Assembly: GCA_902787065.1 (NCBI GenBank)
Contig: CADAFA010000001.1
Coordinates: 1-58,511 of the forward strand
Reading direction: 5' to 3'
Source: an uncultured Elusimicrobium sp.
Lineage (GTDB): Bacteria; Elusimicrobiota; Elusimicrobia; Elusimicrobiales; Elusimicrobiaceae
DNA length: 58,511 nucleotides
In this document: positions 26,838 through 36,240 of the stretch, piece by piece
How positions within the stretch are numbered: the stretch's first letter is position 1
Layout: each line of letters starts with the position of its first letter
Program-made: the position numbers and the translations under genes
The notes under the pieces: generated by a model
Databases searched by the model: none
What the model was told of the DNA's origin: nothing
The model's input: the letters and a program-made list of their open reading frames with translations, nothing else

Positions 26838-27191
26838 ATGAGAATTAAATTTAGCGTTGCAAGACATGCAAGAAAGAAAAAGGTTCTTAACAGAGCCTCC
26901 GGTTACTATGGTGACAAATCCCGCCGTCTTAGAATGGCGACCCAGCAAGTTGACAAATCTTTAGTCCATGCTTATACCGACAGGAAAGATAAAAAGGGCA
27001 CATATCGCTCTTTGTGGATTACAAGGATCAATGCTGCTGTCCGTGAAGAAGGTTTAAATTATTCCACCTTCATTAACGGATTAACAAAAGCAAATATCAC
27101 ATTAAACAGAAAGATGCTCTCTGAAATGGCCATTAAAGATCCCGTATCTTTCAAACAACTTGTTGATATTGCAAAAAAAGCCGCAAAATAA
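26838..27191 (+). CDS. rplT: 50S ribosomal protein L20
   Basis: [18 protein letters not shown]...[25 protein letters not shown]...[11 protein letters not shown] signature. Confidence 0.95.
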   Translation: MRIKFSVARHARKKKVLNRASGYYGDKSRRLRMATQQVDKSLVHAYTDRKDKKGTYRSLWITRINAAVREEGLNYSTFINGLTKANITLNRKMLSEMAIKDPVSFKQLVDIAKKAAK

Positions 27192-27217
27192 CTTAGTTAT
27201 TTTTTAATCGGTCAAAA

Positions 27218-27252
27218 CCCCGTCTGAAATTTTAGGCGGGGCTTTATTTTTT
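27218..27252 (+). terminator. Rho-independent terminator after rplT
   Basis: CCCCGTCT-GAAATTTT-AGGCGGGG followed by CTTTATTTTTT. Confidence 0.6.
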
Positions 27253-27264
27253 ATAACAAAAAAT

Positions 27265-27294
27265 TTGCGTAATTGGTAAAAAAATTGCTAAAAT
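27265..27294 (+). promoter_or_regulatory. Putative promoter upstream of tRNA-His
   Basis: TTGCGT 27265-27270, 18-nt spacer, TGC-TAAAAT 27286-27294. The 14-mer TTGCTAAAATATAT is identical to 13429-13442. Confidence 0.4.
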
Positions 27295-27335
27295 ATATAA
27301 GATAGATTTATATACTGGTTTGTATATTAATTTAC

Positions 27336-27410
<75 letters not shown>

Positions 27411-27461
27411 CTTTTTATTTCTTAATTTTTATATAAATTGCGATTAAAAGAGGTGCAGTTT

Positions 27462-27956
27462 ATGGAAGTTATACAAAGTTTTACTATTGACCATACACAT
27501 TTAAAACCGGGTATATATGTTTCACGCCAGGATAAAGGGTTTACTACTTTTGATTTACGTATTACCGAGCCTAATAAAGAGCCTGCAGTAGCACCTGCTG
27601 CAATGCACAGTTTGGAACATTTGATGGCTACTTGGTTTCGCAATTCAGAAGTAAAAGAAGATGTTGTATATGTCGGCCCTATGGGATGCCTTACAGGTAT
27701 GTATATTGTTATGACAGGGGAATATTCCGTTGAAGATATGCGCAAATTAACAATAAAATGCCTTAAATGGATTTTAACTCAAACGGAAGTTCCGGCAACG
27801 CGCCCTGAGGCTTGTGGTAATTATTTACTTCATGATTTGCCTATGTGTAAATGGGAAAGTGAACGCTATATCAACCGCCTTGAAAAAGATTTCCATAACG
27901 AATATACCAAACTCCAAATAACTTTAGATGACGGCAAAAATTTTGCCGATGCATAA
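27462..27956 (+). CDS. luxS: S-ribosylhomocysteine lyase LuxS
   Basis: FTIDHT, metal-binding HSLEHL and GPMGCLTGMY motifs. AAAGAGGTG RBS before the ATG at 27462. Confidence 0.9.
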   Translation: MEVIQSFTIDHTHLKPGIYVSRQDKGFTTFDLRITEPNKEPAVAPAAMHSLEHLMATWFRNSEVKEDVVYVGPMGCLTGMYIVMTGEYSVEDMRKLTIKCLKWILTQTEVPATRPEACGNYLLHDLPMCKWESERYINRLEKDFHNEYTKLQITLDDGKNFADA

Positions 27957-27980
27957 TAAATAAAGTTCTTATATAAATAC

Positions 27981-28009
27981 CCCCCGGTTTTGCCGGGGGA
28001 TATTTTTTA
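27981..28009. terminator. Bidirectional terminator between convergent luxS and asnS
   Basis: CCCCCGG-TTTTG-CCGGGGG flanked by an A/T run on one side and ATATTTTTT on the other. Confidence 0.6.
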
Positions 28010-28021
28010 ATTATCAGTAAA

Positions 28022-29314
28022 CTATGGCTTCAAGCGGTCCATTAAGCGCGGGAAAGGTATCGTTTCGCGTAAGTGGTGCAAACCGCACATCCAGGAAACA
28101 AATCTCTCAATACCCATACCGAAACCGCTATGCGGAACAGATCCGTATTTTCTTAAATCAAGGTACCAATCAAAAGCTTCAACGGGCAATCCTTGTTCTT
28201 TAATGCGGGCAACTAAGGTATCGTAATCTTCTTCGCGTTGGCTGCCGCCGATAATTTCCCCATAACCTTCGGGGCCGATCATATCAACTGCCAAGACAAC
28301 GCGCGGATCTTTGGGATCGCGTTTCATATAAAATGCTTTAATTGCAGTCGGGTAGCGGTGAATCATAACAGGGCGGTCAAAGTTTTCGGAAATTATTGTT
28401 TCTTCGTCGCCGCCAATATCGCCACCCCATTCAGTAGGGTTGCCTTTTTTGTTTAAAATTTCAATAGCTTCAGTATAACTTATGCGCGGAAAAGGCTTTT
28501 TAATATTTTCAAGCTTTGAAATATCACGCCCTAAAACCTCAAGTTCTTTGTGGCGGTTCTTTAAAACTTGTTCTACTAAGTAACAAACAAAATCTTCGGC
28601 AAGGTCCATATTGTCATCTAAATCGTTGAAAGCAACTTCCGGTTCTACCATCCAAAATTCTGTTAAATGGCGGCGTGTTTTTGATTTTTCTGCCCTAAAT
28701 GTCGGACCAAAACAATAAATTTTACCAAGTGCCATAGCGCTTGCTTCACCGTATAACTGACCGCTTTGGGATAAATAGGCCTTTTCACCGAAATAATCAG
28801 TTTCAAAAAGTGTTGAAGTGCCTTCGCAAGCGGCAGGGGTTAAAATTGGGGAATCAACTAAAGTAAAACCGTTTTTCCTAAAATATTCGCGGATTGCAAA
28901 AATGACTTCGTCGCGGATTTTCAAGATAGCAACTTGCCTGCTTGAGCGCAACCATAAATGGCGGTTATCCATCAAAAATGCGGTGCCGTGTTCTTTGTTG
29001 GAAATAGGGTAATCTTTTGCCATTTGCAAAAGTTTAATATCTTTTACGCCAAGTTCAAAACCGAGCGGGGAGCGTTTATCTTCCCTAACAGTTCCGGTAA
29101 TCTCAACGGAACTTTCCTGTGCGAGTTTATCGCCGAGTTCAAAAACTTCGGGGGTAACATCACCTTTAAAAACTACGCATTGGATGATGGCGCTGCCGTC
29201 GCGCAATTGTAAAAAATGTAATTTACCGCTTGAGCGTTTATTATAGAGCCAACCTTTTAAAGTAATTTCTTTACCAACATATTGGGCTACATCTGAAATT
29301 CTTATTTTTTGCAT
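28022..29314 (-). CDS. asnS: Asparagine--tRNA ligase
   Basis: 430 aa class IIb synthetase. OB-fold N-terminus ([21 protein letters not shown]). Motif 2 [21 protein letters not shown], the AsnRS-type signature. Motif 3 GFGMGIERF. Confidence 0.9.
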   Translation of the reverse strand: MQKIRISDVAQYVGKEITLKGWLYNKRSSGKLHFLQLRDGSAIIQCVVFKGDVTPEVFELGDKLAQESSVEITGTVREDKRSPLGFELGVKDIKLLQMAKDYPISNKEHGTAFLMDNRHLWLRSSRQVAILKIRDEVIFAIREYFRKNGFTLVDSPILTPAACEGTSTLFETDYFGEKAYLSQSGQLYGEASAMALGKIYCFGPTFRAEKSKTRRHLTEFWMVEPEVAFNDLDDNMDLAEDFVCYLVEQVLKNRHKELEVLGRDISKLENIKKPFPRISYTEAIEILNKKGNPTEWGGDIGGDEETIISENFDRPVMIHRYPTAIKAFYMKRDPKDPRVVLAVDMIGPEGYGEIIGGSQREEDYDTLVARIKEQGLPVEAFDWYLDLRKYGSVPHSGFGMGIERFVSWMCGLHHLRETIPFPRLMDRLKP

Positions 29315-29359
29315 AAAGACCTCGTATACGCTATATTATACATATTATATCTTTTTATG

Positions 29360-29414
29360 AGATCTTTTGCTTACTAGGTCTTTTGGCTCTTTTCTTATAG
29401 GTCTTATTGCTCTT
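29360..29414. repeat. Three imperfect direct repeats (AGrTCTTwTkGCTyTT) in the asnS / 29474 divergent intergenic region
   Basis: AGATCTTTTGCTTACT (29360), AGGTCTTTTGGCTCTT (29376), AGGTCTTATTGCTCTT (29399). The inverse copy AAAGACCT overlaps the asnS SD region at 29315-29322. Confidence 0.6.
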
Positions 29415-29473
29415 GTAAAAATATAATATCTTAACTATGCTATAAGTATAATACTAAATAAGTGAGGATATTT

Positions 29474-30970
29474 ATGATAAAAAAATTAATATGTTTATGC
29501 CTTACCCTTACATTGATGTTAGGAAACAGCTTCGCACAAGTTTTTAATAATGGTGCAAATGCTTGGAATATGTCAGAAATTTTAGAAACAAAAGGATATA
29601 TTCCAAGTGAAGGTTTTCATTATTATATGCCAAAAAAACGAATATTTAACCCTTGGAAAATGCATATATATGCAGATAACCTTAATGATTTAAGAAACAT
29701 ATCAAACAAAATTTTACCTTACTTACAATATCTGGATGTAGAACATAAAATATCACTAAATGCCGCTACTGCCACAAATGATATACAGGCAAATAAAGCA
29801 ATAACAATATACCCCAAAAATGAAGAAGAATTTAGAAAAATAGCAGTAGATTTGGAACGCATTATTTATGACAACAATTTACAAAAACCAAGAACAAGCA
29901 TTTACGGAGATGAAGCTTTAGGTAAAACCGGCCGTATTTTTTATAGATATGATGCAGGTTCCAAATATTACTTAGGTAAAGATATTTACAGAGTTAATGA
30001 CGGGCATTATTTAGCGGAAGGTATGACCGTTTATGATGACCCTTTCCACTATATGAATAATATGAGAACCTTATTGGACGATGCCCAAAGAATAGAAATT
30101 ACTACATTAGATGAATTAAAACATTTAAATAACATAACACAAGGAAATAAAATAATACTCGGCCGTAATTTTGAAGGGGTTAATAAAGATGCTAATTTGG
30201 TAAGCAGAGAACAATTATTGTTCACAAGAGAAAGAGCAGATATTATTAGTGTAAAAAATATAGGTAGGAACCCTGTCCAAGTAAACGGGCATATATTAAA
30301 TAATGGCGATGTTTGGTATTTAACTGCTCAAGATAAAAATCTTAGAATATTTCTTCCTTCACAAGCCAATGGTAATTTGGCCGGTTTTAATAATGTAGTA
30401 ACAGTAAATTTAGAACCATACCAATTAAAAAATATGCGCCCTAATAGACCTACAGCAATCAGAACAAACGGACAATTAGTAAAAAACTTTTTTAAACGCA
30501 TACAAGCCAGATTCCCAAAAATTACTCTTAGACAAGGCGTAAAACATAACTTTATACATGAAATTCCAAAAGAAGTCAGACGCGGTGCAAAAGTTTTTAC
30601 ATACTTAGGCCCTATAGTTGCTGTAGCAGTATTACTCTATACAAATAGAGATAAGACCAACATACAAAGCATTTCATTTCAGGATATAAAAAAGAATATT
30701 GAAGAAATGAAACAAACCGATGTAGAATTAAACCCTTCCGACATAGATGATGTGGCAAGAATTTTAGCTTTTTCCGATCCGGATTATGAAATGCTTATAA
30801 ACAAAAGCCCCTCATTATTAAGCAAGCAAATGGCAATAGTAGAGGGTTTAAATAGAGAATTAGAAGACAATATTGTTGAGGCCATAACAAATGTAACAAA
30901 TAAACAAGCTTATTTAGATATAGAAGATAAAGTTATTAAAAAAATTAATGAATATGAAAATGAAGCATAA
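29474..30970 (+). CDS. Hypothetical signal-peptide protein with an FHA-like segment and a C-proximal TM helix
   Basis: MIKKLICLCLTLTLMLGNSFAQ signal. FHA-like pattern ILGRNFEG..LVSREQLLF...VKNIGRNPVQVNGHIL.NGDVWYL. TM VFTYLGPIVAVAVLLYT. Acidic coiled C-terminus. Confidence 0.55.
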   Translation: MIKKLICLCLTLTLMLGNSFAQVFNNGANAWNMSEILETKGYIPSEGFHYYMPKKRIFNPWKMHIYADNLNDLRNISNKILPYLQYLDVEHKISLNAATATNDIQANKAITIYPKNEEEFRKIAVDLERIIYDNNLQKPRTSIYGDEALGKTGRIFYRYDAGSKYYLGKDIYRVNDGHYLAEGMTVYDDPFHYMNNMRTLLDDAQRIEITTLDELKHLNNITQGNKIILGRNFEGVNKDANLVSREQLLFTRERADIISVKNIGRNPVQVNGHILNNGDVWYLTAQDKNLRIFLPSQANGNLAGFNNVVTVNLEPYQLKNMRPNRPTAIRTNGQLVKNFFKRIQARFPKITLRQGVKHNFIHEIPKEVRRGAKVFTYLGPIVAVAVLLYTNRDKTNIQSISFQDIKKNIEEMKQTDVELNPSDIDDVARILAFSDPDYEMLINKSPSLLSKQMAIVEGLNRELEDNIVEAITNVTNKQAYLDIEDKVIKKINEYENEA

Positions 30971-32129
30971 AATAATTTCTTACTGTTTGATGTTTGCCAT
31001 ATTGTTTAATTGTCTAACTCCTTTACACGCAGAATCCGGCCCCAATAGCAAAGAGAGTGCAAGATTAGAACAATTACAAAGAGATTACGGTTCTTTAGAT
31101 CTTAATGAATTGTATGATATATACGAACAGGTACGAATTGCACCGGAAGAAAGCCCTTATTTTTCAAAATCTTATCAGGATCTTATAGATATTTATGCCG
31201 AAATTAATGATGATATAGCATTTTTATGGAGCCAAAACCCAGAATATATACGCCAAAAAATACAAAAAGCTATAAGACATACTACCGTTGCAATAGCAGC
31301 AGTTACTGTTTTTGCTATTTCCGCATATTGTGTAGGATCTTATTTGGTAGCTTCAGGTTTTCCTATAACGGGGGAATTGATTTCTTATGTTCCTATTAAA
31401 ACCTCAGCCGGTGCAACAGTAAGTTTAAAAAGTACACAAGTAAGTATAGGTGCGGCAAAATTAGCTAAATTATTAAAAGGAGGTAAAAAAGTAAAAGATA
31501 TTGCAAAACTTTCACAAGCAATTGACCGAACAACCACTTCCGTAAAAGGCATGTTACTTTGGACAACACTTATGACTGCTGACGGAATTCTTTTGCAAGA
31601 TTCATTTGTCGCTTTAGATAATTCATTACAGAGGATACAAAAAGTAAAAAATGAATCATATTCAAAATATTTACCGGCAGATTTCGCCGTATCTATGAAT
31701 AAATTTTTTAAAAAAGCAGATTATTTCGCACCCTTATTTGAAAATGATGTAGAACAAGCACAAAAAATCCTTGAACAATATTCATCTAATTTTATAGATA
31801 ATTTTGATGATTTGGATGAAGAAGTCAAAGGACCAACAATGTCTGAATACCAAAGAATCGGTAAAGTAATTACCACCATCCATGTTCTAGAAATAATTAG
31901 GGCAGAATTATCAGACCAAAACAACCCTATCCGCTATGATATGGCATCTTTTGACATATTTAACTACTTTTTTGACTCCGAAAAAAAACAACTTGATACT
32001 AGAGAGGAACTTAAAAATTTCCTTCTGCCGATTCACCAAGCTTTAGAACAAAAAGCTAAAGATGACCGCGAAAAAGTTATCAAAAAATTTAAAGATGGCT
32101 ATTCACATTATTCCCATTTTATACTATAA
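30948..32129 (+). CDS. Hypothetical membrane protein
   Basis: Signal-like N-terminus (KIISYCLMFAILFNCLTPLHA), central hydrophobic pair (TVAIAAVTVFAISAYCVGSYLVASGF). Overlaps the upstream gene by 23 nt. Confidence 0.5.
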   Translation: MNMKMKHKIISYCLMFAILFNCLTPLHAESGPNSKESARLEQLQRDYGSLDLNELYDIYEQVRIAPEESPYFSKSYQDLIDIYAEINDDIAFLWSQNPEYIRQKIQKAIRHTTVAIAAVTVFAISAYCVGSYLVASGFPITGELISYVPIKTSAGATVSLKSTQVSIGAAKLAKLLKGGKKVKDIAKLSQAIDRTTTSVKGMLLWTTLMTADGILLQDSFVALDNSLQRIQKVKNESYSKYLPADFAVSMNKFFKKADYFAPLFENDVEQAQKILEQYSSNFIDNFDDLDEEVKGPTMSEYQRIGKVITTIHVLEIIRAELSDQNNPIRYDMASFDIFNYFFDSEKKQLDTREELKNFLLPIHQALEQKAKDDREKVIKKFKDGYSHYSHFIL

Positions 32130-32146
32130 CCCTTCGGGTTTATATC

Positions 32147-32175
32147 TTGACACTACCCCACATAAATGATAAAAA
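32147..32175 (+). promoter_or_regulatory. Promoter of the lipoprotein cluster
   Basis: TTGACA 32147-32152, 17-nt spacer, extended -10 TGATAAAAA 32167-32175. Preceded by the small hairpin AACCC-TTC-GGGTT. Confidence 0.5.
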
Positions 32176-32202
32176 TATATTATATTCCAATCAGGAGGAA
32201 AT

Positions 32203-32796
32203 ATGAAAAAGTTGTTTATTGCTTTACTCGTCTGCCCATTTCTCTTAGCATGTGGCACAAAAGTTAAGCGTATGGAAGTTGAACAAGTAAAAGATGTCAG
32301 CGGCAGTTGGAACGATACCGATTCCCGCGAAGTTGCCAAGACCATGATTGAGGACTGCTTAAACGGTGCTTGGTATGCTAAGGCCTTAAAAGAAAAGAAA
32401 GGGGCCGACCCGGTTGTAATCGTAGGTACAGTAAGAAATGATTCTATGGAACATATAAACACCAATACTTTTATTGAAGAACTTCAAAGGGCTTTAATAA
32501 ACAGCGGTAAGGTGGAATTTGTGGCTTCTAAAGATGAAAGAGGGGACTTGCGCCAAGAACGCCTGGACCAAGATGAATATTCCTCTGAAGCTACCCGCAA
32601 AGCATTTGGTAAAGAAGTCGGTGCCGATTATATGTTAAGCGGCGTATTAAGTGATATTAAAGACCAAGAAGGCAGTAAAAGTGTTGTGTTTTATCAAGTT
32701 AATTTAAAATTAATTAACATTGAGACAAACAAAATACTTTGGAACGGTCAAAAACAAATAAAAAAATACGTAAATAAAAAAGCATTTAAATTATAA
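32203..32796 (+). CDS. LpoB/YcfM-family lipoprotein (penicillin-binding-protein activator-like, COG3417-type)
   Basis: Lipobox LLAC. Core PVVIVGTVRNDSMEHINTNTFIEELQRALINSGKVEFVA ... GADYMLSG ... YQVNLKLINIETNKILWNG parallels E. coli LpoB (LLVDSVNNRTNGSLN..ALANNGKFTLV..GAHYVLY..MQLMLVQTGEIIWSG). Confidence 0.65.
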   Translation: MKKLFIALLVCPFLLACGTKVKRMEVEQVKDVSGSWNDTDSREVAKTMIEDCLNGAWYAKALKEKKGADPVVIVGTVRNDSMEHINTNTFIEELQRALINSGKVEFVASKDERGDLRQERLDQDEYSSEATRKAFGKEVGADYMLSGVLSDIKDQEGSKSVVFYQVNLKLINIETNKILWNGQKQIKKYVNKKAFKL

Positions 32797-32799
32797 TCT

Positions 32800-34095
32800 A
32801 TGAAAAGTATGAAGGCCCTGTTCGCAATTGCTTGCTTTGTCTTGCTCTGCGCTTGCTCAGGGCCTTCAATACGTTATAAAAACCAAGTTATCGGTTATAT
32901 GCAAGACCATAACTTTGAAGCTTCAAAAGCAAGAATAGAAAACAATAAAAAAATTTATGGCAGGCGTGATACCAGTTTATATTATTTGGATTTGGGCACC
33001 CAGCAAGATTCCTTACATTACTCCACAAACACTTTAGTAAATCTAAAAAGAGCGGAAGATATCCAGTCCGATCTTTACGCAAAAAGCATATCACAAAAAT
33101 TTGCAAGTTTTATAGTTAATAATTATACAGAGCCTTATCGCTTAAAATATTTTGAACTCGGTTATTTATTCTTTTACAAAATCTTAGCCTATTTACAGGA
33201 AAAGAATTTACAAGATGCGGTAGTTGAAACAAGAACTATGGTGTTTTACCTGGACAAACTCCGCCAAGATACCGGTAAAGATGACCCATTTTTACAATAC
33301 TTTGCAAGCCAAATATTTTTAATGTGGGGTGCCTTTTCAGATGCGCGTATTTGTTATGAAAATGCAAAAAATGCCTATTCAAAGTTTGCCGATTCCTATG
33401 CTACAATGCCCCAAATACCAAGAATGTCAAGGGGTTCTAATCAAGGCCTGCTTACCGTACAACATTTAAACGGAAATATCCCTATTTTGATTTCTAAAAG
33501 AACCATGGTGGCCTGGAACAGGTTCGGCTTTGCCTTGGGTACGGATAGCAGTTATCAGAGTGTCAGCCAACAGACAATAAATTCAGCTTTAGCAGGTGCT
33601 TATGGTAATGCTATTGCCGTTGCCTTGCCGGCAATACATGAAGTACCTTATCAAATTCAGGGGTCCCGTATATTTGTTGACGGGAAAGAGGTTGCACAAA
33701 CAAGTCTGGCCAGCAATTTAAGTTATTACTTTAAGAAAAATTTTGATGAAGAATATAGCAAAATATTCATCAGTTCGGCAGTAAGGGCGGCAATAAAATT
33801 CTTAATTACGAAAGAAGCCAAAAAACAAACCTCAAGGAAAGATGATAATGTGGGTGTATTAGTTGACATGATTTTAACCGGCCTATTTACCGCAACAGAA
33901 AGTGCCGATACCCGTTCTTGGTTTACTTTACCCGCGCAAATCAGGGAAGCAAATATTTTGATTGAAGAAGGAACCCACGAAATTAAAGTTCAGTTACTCG
34001 ACGAAAATGAAAAAGTACTTGACGAACACACCTTTAAAGATGTACAAATTAATAAAGGGCGCCACACTTACTTGTATTTAAGGAGCGCTAAATAA
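32800..34095 (+). CDS. Hypothetical lipoprotein (431 aa) co-operonic with the LpoB-like gene
   Basis: Signal with LLCAC lipobox-like site. 3-nt gap after the upstream gene. No motif recognised. Confidence 0.5.
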   Translation: MKSMKALFAIACFVLLCACSGPSIRYKNQVIGYMQDHNFEASKARIENNKKIYGRRDTSLYYLDLGTQQDSLHYSTNTLVNLKRAEDIQSDLYAKSISQKFASFIVNNYTEPYRLKYFELGYLFFYKILAYLQEKNLQDAVVETRTMVFYLDKLRQDTGKDDPFLQYFASQIFLMWGAFSDARICYENAKNAYSKFADSYATMPQIPRMSRGSNQGLLTVQHLNGNIPILISKRTMVAWNRFGFALGTDSSYQSVSQQTINSALAGAYGNAIAVALPAIHEVPYQIQGSRIFVDGKEVAQTSLASNLSYYFKKNFDEEYSKIFISSAVRAAIKFLITKEAKKQTSRKDDNVGVLVDMILTGLFTATESADTRSWFTLPAQIREANILIEEGTHEIKVQLLDENEKVLDEHTFKDVQINKGRHTYLYLRSAK

Positions 34096-34104
34096 AGGAG
34101 AATT

Positions 34105-35040
34105 ATGAAACTAAAACAATTGTTTATAATTTTGCCAATATTGGCTGTAATATGTGCCTGCGGCAATAAAAATGTTTTAAGGGAGAATTTAAAACAGTAT
34201 CCTTATGACAAATATCTTTCCAAAGTAGCAAGTGCTGATACTAAAGATAAAGCCAAAGCTTCTGCTTTAGCGGAAATAAGAAATATTTTTGCCACCTTAC
34301 CTGCCGATAAAGAAAGCCAGGCAAGAAGGGATAATATCCTTTCTTTAGCAAAAATTGCAAAAACTTGGAAGGTGAAACAAGACGACAAAAAACGCTACTA
34401 TGCCATGGCAATACTTGAACGCCAATCTGCTATGGAAGCCTTGCAACCTTATTACACAGACTATGATGCCAAGATAGAAAGTTTAACCAAAAAACTAAAT
34501 GAAGAGCAGGATAAATTTGTACGCCTAAAATATGCTTTACAAATGGAAAATCTTTTAGAAGAAAGAAAACCCCTTGATGAGGAATATAAAATATTATCCT
34601 ATGACGCAACTCCCTATAGGGAAGAACTTTTATATAATGCCCGCGCAGCTTATAACAGGGCCTTTTATGAAATCAAAATATCTTCAAAAATTACCGGTGA
34701 TGAACAGGAAACAATTAAAACCCCTATCATCGAAAGTTTAAACACTCTAGGTTTCCAAGTAGGTGAAAATTTACCTGAGGCCGATATTGAACTTGTAATG
34801 AAAGTTTATGTCGATAAATATGAATCTAAAACAACACAAGGGTTAAATTGGTGCACCTCAACTGCGACAGTTAATTTAAAAGATATGGCTACAGGAGGGA
34901 TTTTTGCAACCTATTCAAAAACCGAACGTGACGGTTCTAACAGGAAAGAAACAGCACAATTAAGAAGTTTATTGGCTGCGGGGCAAGATGCAGCCTTGGC
35001 AGTAAAACAAAAAGTATTAGAATATTTAAAACGTAAATAA
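34105..35040 (+). CDS. Hypothetical lipoprotein (311 aa)
   Basis: Signal ILAVICAC. Coiled N-terminal half, mixed alpha/beta C-terminal half. AGGAG RBS. Confidence 0.5.
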   Translation: MKLKQLFIILPILAVICACGNKNVLRENLKQYPYDKYLSKVASADTKDKAKASALAEIRNIFATLPADKESQARRDNILSLAKIAKTWKVKQDDKKRYYAMAILERQSAMEALQPYYTDYDAKIESLTKKLNEEQDKFVRLKYALQMENLLEERKPLDEEYKILSYDATPYREELLYNARAAYNRAFYEIKISSKITGDEQETIKTPIIESLNTLGFQVGENLPEADIELVMKVYVDKYESKTTQGLNWCTSTATVNLKDMATGGIFATYSKTERDGSNRKETAQLRSLLAAGQDAALAVKQKVLEYLKRK

Positions 35041-35050
35041 GGAGTTTAAA

Positions 35051-35722
35051 ATGAAAAAGTATTTAACATTAATTATTTGTTGTTTATTCTCATCTCTCGT
35101 ATTAGCACAAGCAGGGCAGCCAACAGACCAATCTGATGAAAAAGTTATGTATTCCCTAGGTTATTTGCTGGGCAATAATGTAAAAAAACAACTTATTTTG
35201 GAAGATGAAGATTCTTATAAATCTTTTTCCCAAGGTATGAGGGACTCTTTGCTTAACCGAAAATCTCAAACAAATTTAGAAGAATATAAGCCCTTAATTG
35301 CAAAAAAATATCAAGAAGATAAAGCCACATTAGAGGCAAAACGCAAAGTAGCACAAGATGACTATTTAAAAAACGTAAAGAAAGATAAAAAATCTAAAGT
35401 ACTTTCAAACGGGGCAGTTATACAAATAGAAAAGAAAGGTAAAGGTAAAAACCCCAAACCGGCAGATACTGTTAAAGTTCACTATACCGGTAAATTGTTA
35501 GATGGTACAGTTTTTGACAGTTCCGTTGCGAGAGGTGTAGCGGCTGAATTCCCGTTAAACGGTGTTATTTCATGCTGGACTATTGGTTTACAGGAAATGA
35601 AACCGGGCGCAAAAGCCACTTTATATTGCCCGCCGGAAACAGCTTACGGTAATATGCAAGCAGGCCCCATTGAACCGAATTCTTTACTCATATTTAATGT
35701 GGAATTATTGGAAGTTAAATGA
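35051..35722 (+). CDS. FKBP-type peptidyl-prolyl cis-trans isomerase (FkpA/Mip-like, secreted)
   Basis: Signal peptide. N-terminal dimerisation helix region. C-terminal VKVHYTGKLLDGTVFDSS....FPLNGVISCWTIGLQEMKPGAKATLYCPPETAYG. Confidence 0.85.
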   Translation: MKKYLTLIICCLFSSLVLAQAGQPTDQSDEKVMYSLGYLLGNNVKKQLILEDEDSYKSFSQGMRDSLLNRKSQTNLEEYKPLIAKKYQEDKATLEAKRKVAQDDYLKNVKKDKKSKVLSNGAVIQIEKKGKGKNPKPADTVKVHYTGKLLDGTVFDSSVARGVAAEFPLNGVISCWTIGLQEMKPGAKATLYCPPETAYGNMQAGPIEPNSLLIFNVELLEVK

Positions 35723-36240
35723 AGAAAAAATTATCCATAGCATTGCTGGCCTTTTCGCTGGCAATATTATGTGCTAATTTTCTTGTCAGAAGGGTTGAAA
35801 GTTTTATCCCTTCTTCTGATCAAGAAATTGAAGAAAGCAGGGAGTTTTCCCCCTTTGCAAAACTTAAAGATGAAGATGTAAAAGAGGTAAAAAAACCGGC
35901 TTTAATTGCCCAAGAACAAAAAGATTTTAATCAACAAAAAGAATTAGTAAAACCAATTTTACAAATTGAATTAACGGAAGAAGAAAAACAAACTGTCGAA
36001 ACTTACAGCCAAAACCCTAAATTAAGGGAATTTATTAAAGAAATTTCTACTGTAGTTTCACAGGAAGAATTAGAACAGGGAAATTATTTACAAATTGTTT
36101 TTAAACCGGAGGTTAGAAATATTTTTGTAAAATATTCCAAAGATGAAGAATTTCGCAAAATAGCTGCAGAGGTTATGAAAGATAAAAATATGCTGCAACT
36201 TGCAAAAAAATTAGTTAATAATAGTGAGGTAAAAAAATGA
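35719..36240 (+). CDS. Hypothetical secreted Glu/Lys-rich protein
   Basis: Signal/anchor KLSIALLAFSLAILCANFLV. ATGA overlap with the upstream gene. Confidence 0.45.
   Translation: MKKKLSIALLAFSLAILCANFLVRRVESFIPSSDQEIEESREFSPFAKLKDEDVKEVKKPALIAQEQKDFNQQKELVKPILQIELTEEEKQTVETYSQNPKLREFIKEISTVVSQEELEQGNYLQIVFKPEVRNIFVKYSKDEEFRKIAAEVMKDKNMLQLAKKLVNNSEVKK

Noticed and set aside
27462-27956. luxS as evidence for AI-2 quorum sensing
   Set aside because: LuxS is also a housekeeping enzyme of the activated methyl cycle. No AI-2 receptor or transporter genes are visible in the window, so no signalling claim is justified.
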